Below, piece by piece: positions 52,501 to 64,000 of a DNA stretch of 64,000 bases (the stretch's first letter is position 1; every line of letters starts with the position of its first letter). The notes beneath the pieces were generated by a model. That model saw nothing but the letters and a program-made list of their open reading frames with translations, was not told the DNA's origin and did no database searches. This DNA is from Lingula anatina (taxonomy: Eukaryota; Animalia; Brachiopoda), in assembly GCA_051362555.1 (NCBI GenBank), contig CM120640.1:56460788-56524787 (forward strand), given 5' to 3'. The position numbers were made by a program, and so were the translations under genes.

Positions 52501-53093
52501 GGCATTCACAGATAAATGAATATCATTGTATTCACAGACAAATGAATATCAGCCTATTCACAGTTGTGCGAGAATAAAAATGTATTTGTGTGTGTTTGTG
52601 TGTTTTGAGCCAGCGGTATGGGTAACATTATCCATACAAAGAGCACCTTATAGGTAATGGCATTCAGAATGGAACTTCAGAAAATTGGTTCAAGCGTTCC
52701 TAAGAAGTTATCTTGCGAGCCGACCATATCTGGGCCAATTTGGAAAATCAAAGTCAACATTTTAAGATTCCTAGGATGATGCTAGGTATTTTCTCTGACA
52801 GCAAAGTACATTTGATAATATTTTGCTTCTTTCTTTCCATTCCTCAATGGAATGCAGACGATCATTTAATGAAATATTGTGGTAATGCTTACCTTCACCG
52901 CGCTCATTAGGATGCTCTCTGACGGGAAGATTTAGGAGCTTGAATCATTCGTTTTAATCAATTTCATGATAATGGGGAAGTCATTAACACCTATTGATTT
53001 TGATAAAACTTTTGTATCAGTTCCCTCTTCCATTTTAGGAATGTGAAGTGAGCAGCGCTGCAGACGGTATGTCTGTCAGGCTGCCGGGCTGAA

Positions 53094-54650
53094 ATGCACC
53101 GTAGCCATGCTGCAAAATCCGTAAGCCATATCCGTCGCCAGGTGGAACAGGTGATTCTATGTTTAGAAAACACTGTAGCTGAACTGAGGTTTCTCTCCCA
53201 AGACATCAAAATATTAGGAAAACAAATCGATGTGGTTACAGATCGACTGCTGGAGGACTGCCCGTTGAATTCGTTAAATGTAACAACTACTTCATTTAGA
53301 GACGCTACCATGATTACACTGCAGGACAGCAAAACACCACACAGACTGCCAACACAACCGCTAGGTCATCGAAATAACTCTCGCGTTGTTCTCTCTAAAG
53401 AACAAATGTACCCAAACTCTGCGAACTTTATGAGAAAAGAAAATACATATGAGGATACCAGAAGCGTTGGGTCAGATAAGGAGAACGTATTCAGTAGTAC
53501 ACCAGTCAAATCAGTCGCCTCTGCTGATCTATCTCTACAATCCTCAATAGAAGATACTTACGCCACGGAAACCTCCGGGAGAACTGTAATTGCGACTTTG
53601 CACCAGAACCCTAATCAGGTCTCAATGTCATCATTTATCAGCGATAACGAATGTCACTTTTCTAGAGCCTTCTCTTCAGACACAATCCCTAATGGTGAGT
53701 CGTCGCCAAACAATAACTCAAACGCTTGGGAGTTTTTACACAACGAAAAACTGAACAAGGATCAACCAGCAGAAACGAAACCCAGTGTCATGTATCCAGT
53801 GTCTCCAAATAATAATTCAACCGGATTTTCATTTGTCTCGGAGATTGATGAAAAGACGGGCTTTTTAGTAGGAAATGAGATATACAATGAAAATCTCAAG
53901 GCTCACAATGGCAAGTATCTTTCATGCGACACATGCATGTTGCATCACGGGGTGTTACGACAAGATCGAATAGATCTTCTGTTTAAGAAGATGGAGATTG
54001 AAAAAGCATTTGATAAAGTGGGTCTAGAAGATAAAAAACTACAAGATTCGGTCAATTTTAGTGGCGGTTTTCTCAAACAGCTTCATGAAAAATGTAACCA
54101 ATATGACCAAAACTGTCTTTCTGGGTCGCCTTCATTGAAAAAGAAGGCGTTAATAGGGAAAGACATTCCAAATACTAAATCACAAGATTCCAATAATTCA
54201 AGCGCAAATGTTTTGCTAACGGCTGGCGACGAAAGTGCATCTGGGCGAGAATTTAACTTTTGCGTCTTGCCAAAGGAAGTAGAGTATAGTGGATTATATG
54301 AGTACGTGCTCGATATGACATTGGAAACCATGTCTGATGACGGTCATGACAGTAACTTTGACGAATGGAGCGAGGACGAAGGGTCGATTTCATTGGACTT
54401 GGAATATTCAGCGAGTTACAACCGAGATATGAACACATGGACGTCGTTCGCACTCGTTCATGTTGACAGCGTCTATGAGGATGATTTTGAATACGAAAAT
54501 CTTGGTGCTTGTTGTGGTGAGACCTCGGGCTTGGACAACATATCACCCACTACTTCCCGCAAGACCTACCCTGGTAATTGGGAAAATGATTTGGAAGAGC
54601 TGGCTCTGACGTATTGCTCTCCGCGGAGTAAACGGAAGCATTACTTATGA
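53094..54650 (+). CDS. INSYN1/PRR16(Largen)-like protein: N-terminal coiled coil plus long S/N/D-rich disordered region (518 aa)
   Basis: 1557-nt ORF with an upstream in-frame stop and a polypyrimidine acceptor at 53037-38. 'HIRRQVEQVILCLENTVAELRFLSQDIKILGKQIDVVTDRL' aligns by eye with the INSYN1/PRR16 N-terminal coil 'IRQRMKMVIGQLEGILRELKEVAKELREVVSQIDKLTSD' (recalled). Confidence 0.72.
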   Translation: MHRSHAAKSVSHIRRQVEQVILCLENTVAELRFLSQDIKILGKQIDVVTDRLLEDCPLNSLNVTTTSFRDATMITLQDSKTPHRLPTQPLGHRNNSRVVLSKEQMYPNSANFMRKENTYEDTRSVGSDKENVFSSTPVKSVASADLSLQSSIEDTYATETSGRTVIATLHQNPNQVSMSSFISDNECHFSRAFSSDTIPNGESSPNNNSNAWEFLHNEKLNKDQPAETKPSVMYPVSPNNNSTGFSFVSEIDEKTGFLVGNEIYNENLKAHNGKYLSCDTCMLHHGVLRQDRIDLLFKKMEIEKAFDKVGLEDKKLQDSVNFSGGFLKQLHEKCNQYDQNCLSGSPSLKKKALIGKDIPNTKSQDSNNSSANVLLTAGDESASGREFNFCVLPKEVEYSGLYEYVLDMTLETMSDDGHDSNFDEWSEDEGSISLDLEYSASYNRDMNTWTSFALVHVDSVYEDDFEYENLGACCGETSGLDNISPTTSRKTYPGNWENDLEELALTYCSPRSKRKHYL

Positions 54651-56265
54651 TCATATTAAACGCAAGCTGTTTACAGTAAAGAAATCGTTAAATATTGGTA
54701 TTTGAAAACAAAATTTTATATGCTGTCCTTTAAGGCAGAACTAGATAAATCGTCAGTAAATTAAATGTAGATGCAGTTTATATATATATATATATATTCC
54801 AGCTGTCTCTTTCATGTAGTTATGCCGTCATGCAATCCCTATTTCTGGTAAAGACAACAGCCTAATCATAAGTCATCAGGCAACATATCACGTTTGATCA
54901 ATTTTACCTTGCTTTGGCTTTTTTTTAATGTTTCGTCACGGAGTTGGACTCATTTCACTTACAAAGTTCTCTACTTCTATGGTCTATCAAAGGAACAGGC
55001 CAAACAAGTACGAGAAGTCCTGTGCAGCCACGACTGAGTGTTTCTGTGATTAGACAAACATTTTCCTACAGCAGACTGTTCCACGTCGCGTGTTGTAAAT
55101 AACAAAAATGTTTTAAAAGCGGTGTCTGTCTCTGTGTCTTAGTCTGTCGCAGTCATAGCGTATTCTATCATGTGTATGCTTACAAAGTACAAATGGCCAT
55201 AAAGATAAAAGCGTTATTTTATTTCCCAAGTCGCATTTCTTAATCTGTGCAGGGAATACTAGTTATAATTGCAAAATTCTGTAATATATGGTTTCTTTTT
55301 CAGGCGGGATAATGGTAATGGTCTTGTCAAGAGCGCACATCGTGAAATTTATCTTTTATATTCCGTTCCTAAAATAATGTCGTCTTAATTTTAAAAGTAC
55401 TGAAAATATATTAAAAAAGTGAATGATTGCTTGGCTTGGCAGTGTTTACATAATGTGTATTTAGGTGTGCTAAAATAAGAATCAAGAAACACGCCTAGTC
55501 AAAATAACTTCAGGCCAGTGAAATAAAATCCATTGTTATGAAACATAATAATAATATTGCAACCTTTTTTTAGAAGTAAAAAAGCGACTTTGTAAAGGTT
55601 GCGATAACAATCTACTAATAGTCATTCTCGATGTTATATCTTTGCGTGATTCGAAATTTTGCTCTTTAAAAACCATCCTCCTTTGCATCGATTTTATCTA
55701 GAAAATGTTATCACCCCTAAATATGACCTAAAAACGACATCAATTATCGTTTTGAAGCACTCATGGCTGTCGTATTACGTCGCCCAGTCTCACATCCGTC
55801 AAGTTTCAATACAGCCAGTAATTATACACTCCGTGCCGATATTATCAGCTATGCTCGTCAACCATATCCATAACTGAAAAGCAATAGTGCGTTAACACAG
55901 AGAACGTCTTCATTGCAATTGACAGCTTGTCGGGAATTTATAGTTTAATCTTACATGTTGGTATAATATTCCTTTGCAGTTTTTGTCCTTTTTTATAAAT
56001 GAAGTCCGTTGTTCCTGGAGATCCATTTCACGACCAGCAGTTTAAAGGGCACAAACACGATAGATGGGCATCTTGCGTTGTAGTTAGATGTATGCATGTG
56101 TTTTGGCACGCAAGTGCATGCATCGTTGTGTTTGTGTTGACTTGATCGCATGGGTGCACGTTTAATATTCAGGGGTAGAGATGTCGAGAAGTGTCTATTG
56201 GTAGGGCCTTTTTTCATTCCACACACACACACACACACACACATATCTGTCTTAACGTGGTGGTT

Positions 56266-56945
56266 TAAGACTGCATTCCCACGGATTTTAGATCGATCTA
56301 TCCCCGTGGGGAGTCTCACTAGATTACTGTCAGCTTAGCCGGCTTAAATGTCTGCCCCGCCTACTAAAAGCTGTAAGAGGGTAATTACAAATAGGCCTAA
56401 CTTCCGTGCGCGCTCGGCTGACAGCAATTTAACATGATCCCCCAGGGAATTAGGTCGATCCAGATGGATCGATCTTAATCTGTGGGAATGCAATCTATGA
56501 CTGAGTTCCCATACCTAGATCGATCTAACAGGGTCCATCCTTCTCCAAGGGATTTCTCGCTAAATTGTTATCGGCTCAGATGCCTGGCACTCATGCTGAA
56601 GGTGATAAACGATAATTAATTGCCCCTAGAAACTTTAGTGACAGACATCTAAGCCACTTAAGTTGATTGCAATTTAGCGAGAATCCCCATGGAGATAGAT
56701 CGATCCACAGTTAGTACGATAGGGACTGGGACCCCATTTCCAGAGATTAGATCGATCTACTTTAGATCACCCTAACCCCCTGGGGGTTCACGCTAAATAG
56801 CTGTCAGCCGAGCGGACACGAAAGTTAATTACCCCCTTACTGCTTTTAGGAAGCGGGACAGACATTTAAGCCGGTTAAGCTGACAGCAATCTAGTGAGAC
56901 TCCCCAGGGGGATAGATCGATCTAAATATCTGTGGGAATGGTCTC
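56266..56945. mobile_element. Palindromic foldback MITE (~680 bp)
   Basis: 56270-56470 is the reverse complement of ~56740-56945 (cattcccacggattttagatcgatctatcccc...cagcttagccggcttaaatgtctg / cagacatttaagccggttaagctg...ggggatagatcgatctaaatatctgtgggaatg). Inner arms are also paired, and the palindrome agatcgatct recurs several times. Confidence 0.85.
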
Positions 56946-57546
56946 TAAAATACGTATAATAAAAAGTAAGTTCAGTATGTCTGACTTTACTCTTTTATTG
57001 ACATATATATGCAGTAAATGCAAAGATGACCGGATATCTAGGCGAGGCTTTATTGCATTTTAGTAAGTTGCAGTAACTGCTGTATTTATCATTGGGTCGC
57101 TATCATCAATCGTGAGGATGATTTCTGGTTAACTATACACTTAAGTTAAAAAATACCCACGGTAAATGAGAAGTATTTTACGACGCAGGTGCTGCAAGAG
57201 GTATTGCTTATGTATCCGATTGCAGCTACCTGGGGCGCTTGGAACCCTGGTTTAGAGGAGACCGTGAACAAGTTCTTTTATATTCAGGCTCATTGGCAAC
57301 CCTCGTTTGTCAGATGACGAAAAGGACATGACAGCGTCAAAAATGCGAAAGTTTGACCTGAACACCTGTGGGTGTTCCGCTTCGAGAAGTGGATTAGTTA
57401 AAATTAAATTCAACAGACAGAAGCAGTGAAGTGGAATACAGAATGAATTGTTATTTACAGTCTTCAGATCTGTGTGAATGCTCAAATAAGTTGTGTGGCT
57501 ATTGTACCGCAACGAAAGAACTATTTACAAACAGCATAACATAAGT

Positions 57547-57550
<4 letters not shown>

Positions 57551-57630
<80 letters not shown>
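57551..57630. repeat. (AG)n microsatellite
   Basis: About 40 perfect AG units. Other simple repeats: (ATT)n at ~17696-17750, ~19030-19062, ~28758-28797; (GT)n at ~42877-42925; (AG)n at ~42084-42103 and ~47692-47722. Confidence 0.95.
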
Positions 57631-57634
<4 letters not shown>

Positions 57635-57673
57635 TTAATTTTCATCACTTCCCAGCATCACTTCACGCACATC

Positions 57674-57705
<32 letters not shown>

Positions 57706-60673
57706 ATGTTTTTAAATCGACATCTCACTACAACACAGACATCTCACTACAACACTAATATAATATTCGCTTCTTTTTGTGGCTTTCAAGTATTCGAGAT
57801 GTTATGCAGCTTCAGTAACCATGTCCCCGCGACGTATAAAAAAGGGGTTGGAAATAGCTGCCTAGCCGCAAACCACGAATCACGCTTCAATAAACTGTTT
57901 AACAGTTATATAAACCGCGGTTAAAATAGTACTAAATGGCGTTTTTGCATCGCGATATTAAAACTTCTATGGAAAAGGTGTATGGTTAAAGAACATTTCT
58001 TCTAGCAATCCAGCACTACCAGTCTACCACCCCAAGTACCGTAATAGAGTGATGGCTGAGGTATCACATACCCAGTAGTATAGAAATAGCCCAAAAGGCA
58101 TTTCTACTGTCAAGGGGATGCGTTGCTCTCGGTTGAAAAGTTATTCAGAACAATTGAAAATCATAAGTGATAAATTAGTGCAGTGATGTCGTTTATGATA
58201 ACCCTTGGTCATGTGAGGTACAAATATTAGTCATAAATTGGAAGACGTTTGGTACAAGAAGACGGTTTTATTTCAACTCCAGGGCGGTGTCTTGTACCTA
58301 TAATGGCGGTATTGGGAGGTAATAGCAACATGCACACGATAGCAGACTGTTATCATTTGCAGTGCCCGGGAAAACTTTGAACAAAGGGAAGAGAATATGG
58401 AAATTTTACATCCTGCCAGAAGTAACGTCGTTTTTTTTTTTTTTTTTTTTTTTTTTTTTGTAACAAAAGAGGTTCTGACAACAGATGTAAAATTGACATT
58501 TTTGATACTTAACGTTAATATTTCTCCATAGATATGAACTAATAAAAAGTATGCCTATTTCCTTTGTGTTCAGTCTTTATTTGCTTTGGCAAGACTAAAT
58601 GTGTGGGGTTCTGGGTTATCATTTCTTGAATCGGATTTAAGTTATACTGGCTGAAACCCAGTACTTGTCTGACGTCACATAACCAGGCAAAAGACAAATG
58701 TATAAACGTGCTCATCTTCTCTCAGTTTTAGAAACAGTCACACTCTAAATAAGGGTGAACCAATACTCTATGAACCTGCATGTATTCAAGTGGTTATAAT
58801 GCCGAAACCCCTTGCATCTTTTAATTACCACATTTATGAGGAAATATGCGAAATTGCACGAGCCCAGCACCTCTAGATAAGTGCACAAACGAAAAAAATC
58901 TTACAGCGCTGATTGCAGCATAAAATTGCCATATAAGCTAGGTGTCGCAGTTTATCTATCAGTAAGTCCCAGTAAAATGTACAGTTAAAAAGTTTTTCAT
59001 CTCATTTTTATTTTCGACAATACGCAGGTATGCGAGTTGGGCAGGACTGGGACCCGCAGATTGAGAGTAGGCCCAAGCCTGGATACCGCAAGTTGTTTTT
59101 TGTTTTTTGTGCCGTATTGTGTTGAGCATCGCCTACTAATTATGCAAGATTTTTAAAAAACACTAACATTAATTTACTTCAGTTAAACAAAAACGTTGAA
59201 TTTCGAACCAATCCTCAAGCTTTTCCTATAGGGGCTTCAGTCATTAATGAGAAAAGAACTAATTTGAGAATAAGATGCATAATGTTGGACCCTGGCCGTT
59301 ATATATTAATATTCCATATTAGCACACATGGATGGTGAAACCTGCCTACAAATGCCCGGATATATAATTTTTTTATATTTTATTATTATTTTACAAAAAT
59401 ATCTTGCAGATATGAAACATTTGCGGGGTCTAGAAATCCAAATGTCGTCCAAGGGCCACCGTTAAGAAGTGAATGTTTAACAATGCAGCAGTACACATTT
59501 GAACGCGTGAGCTTTACAGATATGCGGCTCTACACCCTCTTTATTAATCTCAAATGTCTTCCCGCAATAAATTTCTTAACCTAGGCTTTTGCCAAGAAGC
59601 CCTAGTTAGGCATCTGAACGAGACAAGCTACTTCATATCTAAACACATATGGAGGTTAGAAAACGGAGAAGCTGGCAGGCATCGGAATCAAGGCTCGTGG
59701 TACCCAATAGATCTTTTAAAATAAATGCAATACTGTTATCAAAATACTATTATATTTTCGTTGTTACAGGATTCGCCGTGTTGGTTATAAAGGTAACCAT
59801 CCAATACCAACTTTTTGTATTATATACGACAAAAAGAATATTCATATTAACAAACACAACTCTGTTATATATAGGAAAATTGTTAGGTACAGACTAAATT
59901 GTTCCCTAAAAATACTTGACTTTCCTGAATACCTACCAAATATTACTGATTTACATTTAATTTTCATTTTAAGTAGTTAGGAGAAAATAAATTACCTCTT
60001 TGTGGCTAATGCAGTAATAACTCAAAACATAGAATCAACATCTAAAACATTCCTGTTTATAAGGTCAATGTCCAGTGGTAACAAAAATACAGAAAATCCC
60101 ATAATTCATTAAAGCTCTAAATGAGTTAACAGTGCAGTTAAGAGAAAATTAAAACTGTAACAATTTGCATAGAAATATACACATCTTTAAAAAATATGTA
60201 CCATAATTTCATTAAGTTGAGACAACTTCAAATATAATTTAGATAGAATAGTCTTTGGCAAAATAATACTCATTCCAACTTTCCATAAACGAAAAAGCAA
60301 ACAAACATAATGAATTCTTATATTCTTGCCAATTAACAATATCCCATCTAATGATTAGAAAAAGCATCCATGCACTGAAATAATGTAAACTACTGTACAT
60401 CTGTAGACATAACTGTAGACAAACAAATAACAAACACATAAAACTAAAGCAAACTCTAGTAAGCAGTCCAGAAAAAGTAGTAGAGTAGCAACCTTTTTCT
60501 CTTGTCCACATTTGCAAGTTTATCCTCCAAGGACAAAGTTAAAAATTTCATAAAGTACTCCATTCATTTAATTAGGCATTCATGATGTCTCTGATAACTT
60601 TCTTCAACTGTTGATATTTCTTCTGAAACAGGATGGGAATGTATCGTGTCTTTGTGGTACTGAGGGGTAGAAA

Positions 60674-61840
60674 TCAAAGTTCTGACTTGCCCAGTGTGGC
60701 ATGAACGGCTACCTTGGTCAGCTGTGACTGGAATTTGCCATCTACATGTTTCACTGAAAGTAAAATATGTACTTTAGAAAATAACTAAAAATAATAAAAA
60801 ATAAAACAACAACAAATAAAATCAAGTTCTGAACCAAAATAAGAAAAATCACTTTGGTTAAAAAAATAACTACTGCTCATACATTTTTGGTGGCACAATT
60901 AACACTTGTGGGACAGAGTCCAGGTCCTAAATAAATAACAGACTCATAATTAGGAACTTGCTAGTGTAGATTTTCCATTTTTTCAAAGAAAATAAGGGTC
61001 TTATTTGCCTTATCTATGACCGCCCTGGAAACAGGGTCTTGGTTAAGTAAAAAGGAAAAATCTTGGCTTCATCGCAGGGCAATTTGCCAATGTTTTCTCC
61101 TGGTTTATCCTACTTCAGATGAAATCTCTCCATTGAATTCCCGCATTTTTCTGCTTTATTATGCATAATTTTCCACTCTATTACTTGTAGTGGAAAGCAT
61201 GCTAAAAAACTTCTTCAGACACAAAGGCTTGGTCCTTGATTAACAAAATCAATGGATAAGGCTGAGTGAAAATTGCCTGAGATACAAAGTGATGTTTTGC
61301 AATACACATCCCCTTTACATTGACTGATATGCACAAATTAAAAACGCCTTCAGGCTTCTACATTTGATTGCAGTGTCTCTTAGCATACACAATACTATCA
61401 ACATAAACTACTGCAACAGTGGAATAACTCACATGTTATATCATACATATTTGTTTGACCATATCAGTACAGATAACTTAAAAAATAATTTTCATGGGAC
61501 ACTAATGTTAATATTAGACACATTTCAACAAGATCACTTTAAACTTTTATAGTCTTTACTTCTGCTAGATGAAAAATCTAATACTACTCAAACATTCCTC
61601 TATTAAGCCTTTACTTATCTGCAAAATGAGTGGACAACTTTTTTTCTCAACCTTATTTCCTACACATTTAGTTCTCCACCCATGTCAAGTGCATCCCTAC
61701 AAAGATAACTGATTAAAAGCCAATTAAACCAGACAGTAATTGATTAAGTTATTCTGTTTTATAAAATTGTTGTTGGCAGCCAATCTTGTTACCTCTTCCT
61801 GGGGTAAAGACATCAGTTCTACTCTCTCTGACATATTTAC
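60674..61840 (-). CDS. Probable last two coding exons of a gene extending beyond the right edge of the window (C-terminus ...GKSEL*)
   Basis: Candidate exons 61840-61793 (ttttgccag|...|gtaac, 48 nt) and 60753-60674 (ctttcag|) join in phase 1 as GKYVRESRTDVFTPGRVKHVDGKFQSQLTKVAVHATLGKSEL*. The surrounding DNA is CpG-depleted like a methylated gene body. Other reading frames are possible. Confidence 0.35.
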
Positions 61841-64000
61841 CTGGCAAAAATTTAGTTGGACCTCATCTTAGAAAATATAGTGAAGGTTAAATACAAAGTC
61901 AAAAATATTACTATGTAGATAATTGTAGTGACAGCAAATTCCATCAGATTTAAACTTCCACATGCCTACACATACTTATATGGGGGCAAAGTTAACATAT
62001 TTTACATGGCATTACACAGTCCATGATGAATGATAATGACAAAGCATTGGGACAGTTGAAATCATGAAGTAATAGAGGTCAATTACATTACATTTACACC
62101 TGCAATGAAAAAGTTAACCTTTACGGGTCACTTTTTTCAACTTAATCATTCAAATTCTTAAACATGTTATATTGAACCAAGTTTAAGTATCAATCTAATT
62201 GCATAAAACATATTATACTACATGAACCAAATATCTCCTAGAATCAAAAATGGAATTTATGTAAGTTTTTATTTACAGAAATTACTATTATATGGTCTGA
62301 TAAAATGGTCCGATTACATGGTCATATCTAACCAAGCAGCAATGTGCATGCATGTATATGGTTTCATATACTTTCATGTAGCACCCTTCCTGACCTCCCT
62401 CACAAAACAACAAAGTCTTATTTTCTGGAAAAATTAAGCACTGGTTAACTTCCAGTACAATAGCAAACATTCATTTCCCACCTGCTGTCAGGTTCTCACA
62501 ATCGATGAATAATTTAATAAAAAGTCTGACTGAGTAATGGTTGAAATGTTTCCAGGAAATCTTTATGTCAAATTTAAATACCCTGACGAATACATTCAGT
62601 ATGTATTCATTGTACAATAGAAGGAACAATTATTCCCTTGTCCATGGTACAGTCACATTTGACTTTATCCAAAGAACACTGCATCTTTCTTCCATATAAC
62701 TGGTAAATATGTAAAAATACAGATCATACAGCATTAATAAAAAATAATCTAGACATACTAAAAATTTATGAAATTAACACCTATATGTTTCAAACCTTCT
62801 CAATGGATGTATTATGGTTTTAAATAAATCAGAAAAAAAGCCATGTCATCTCCATCACCTTGGTCCAAAACATTGTGTCAGGAAAACCACAAAAGAAAGC
62901 CAATGCCAAATCCCAGTATTAAGTTTGAAAACAGGACACATCAGCCTGTCTGAGAGCTTAATTGATGCTACCAATAAATAACTTTATTTACTGACAGAAA
63001 CACTCTTCAATTACAGCATTAGGCAAATAACAGAAATAATTACCACAGAAAGAAGACATCAGTCTTACCCAAGATGAAATTAAGAACACTCAAACTATCA
63101 CTGGATCAAGGAATCCATGTCATCCATTAACCATTTCAAATAAAGGATCCTTGGTCAAATATGATTTCTTATACAATCATTAAATCGTCACATAGAACTG
63201 TCATAACTGTTTAACACTTCATTGGAAAGGAAGAGGACTCTAGTCTACACCAACAAATCTCAAAATTTATATTCAAAACTTACTAATACCAAAAGTGAAT
63301 ACACTGCCTGGAAAATAAAAACACATGAACCACCATTTTTTTTAGTTTTCATCACTTGAATGGGAGAAATGGTCTTTTTCTTTACTTGTTAATTAAGCAG
63401 AATTTATAAGTTAGCACCTGAGTTGTATAGTTATGAACAGTTTTCATCTTGTCTTTTTTTCTTTCTTTTACTGATTCAGAAGACATTGGAAAAACATCCT
63501 AATACCTATATAAACCTGAGACCTACAATTAGGTAACAGAGGGTGCAGGATAAGGTTAAAAGACAGGCTTATACGTACTGATGGACTAAGTGCTGTTTTA
63601 ACATCTGTTATCTTTATTTTCCTAATGGGGTTGAATAACATAACACACAGAGATGATGCACAGACATGTTGGAAAAATTTAAATCCATACTCTACTTCCA
63701 TTAATGATTACTTCATTTCAACTTTACTTAAATCTGAGGCTGCACCAGTCTGTTTGTGTGGTCTTCACTACCACAGCAGACTAACATTTACTAAAATTTT
63801 ATAACACAGCTAACCTCAGATAAACATAAAGCAGAATCAGTCATTTAGCAAAATCTACTTTAAATTGTGTAGTAAAATACATCCCATCTGCAGAAGACAT
63901 AATAACGTAAGTTAGGTTGTCCAATTTGTGCTTCCATCGATTGGGAGATTTAAGTTGGATTACATTAACTACAGTTTTGCTTTGGTTCATCAAAAATATC

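Noticed and set aside
42100-52900. Numerous 60-115 aa ORFs in the intergenic/intronic stretch
   Set aside because: Many have non-ATG starts. They show no domain motifs or consistent splice phases, and are expected by chance.
57493-57924. 143-aa ORF with (ER)n and poly-K
   Set aside because: It is a translation of an (AG)n microsatellite and a poly-A run.
60571-60676. Selenocysteine or programmed readthrough at the TGA after KSEL
   Set aside because: No SECIS was recognised and the context is TGA-TTT rather than TGA-CTA. It is kept only as a possible alternative exon.

Overview
This is AT-rich animal genomic DNA with GT-AG introns, microsatellites and many transposons. It is probably from a marine invertebrate such as a lophotrochozoan, but that is an inference. 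Hand-spliced gene models give: (1) a 5-exon CALHM-family channel gene (minus); (2) a decayed Ty3/Gypsy LTR retrotransposon carrying an env-like remnant and an intact extra ORF, nested inside a foldback MITE; (3) a dead Tc1/mariner element; (4) a cluster of three paralogous genes for type I membrane proteins built as signal peptide - ~50-triplet collagen helix - EGF - EGF - truncated 4-Cys EGF - conserved TM helix - short Tyr-containing tail, one of which has two extra N-terminal beta-rich domains; (5) a NAT16/HISAT-like GNAT acetyltransferase with a tandem pseudogene copy; (6) an INSYN1/PRR16(Largen)-like gene with a single coding exon; (7) a Penelope-like remnant, several MITEs, and probable 3' exons of a gene running off the right end. 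The best candidate for an undescribed system is the three-gene 'type I membrane collagen-EGF' cluster. Matched helix lengths and a conserved TM segment suggest it may encode a heterotrimeric cell-surface receptor or adhesion molecule. All homology calls come from recalled family motifs, not from database searches.
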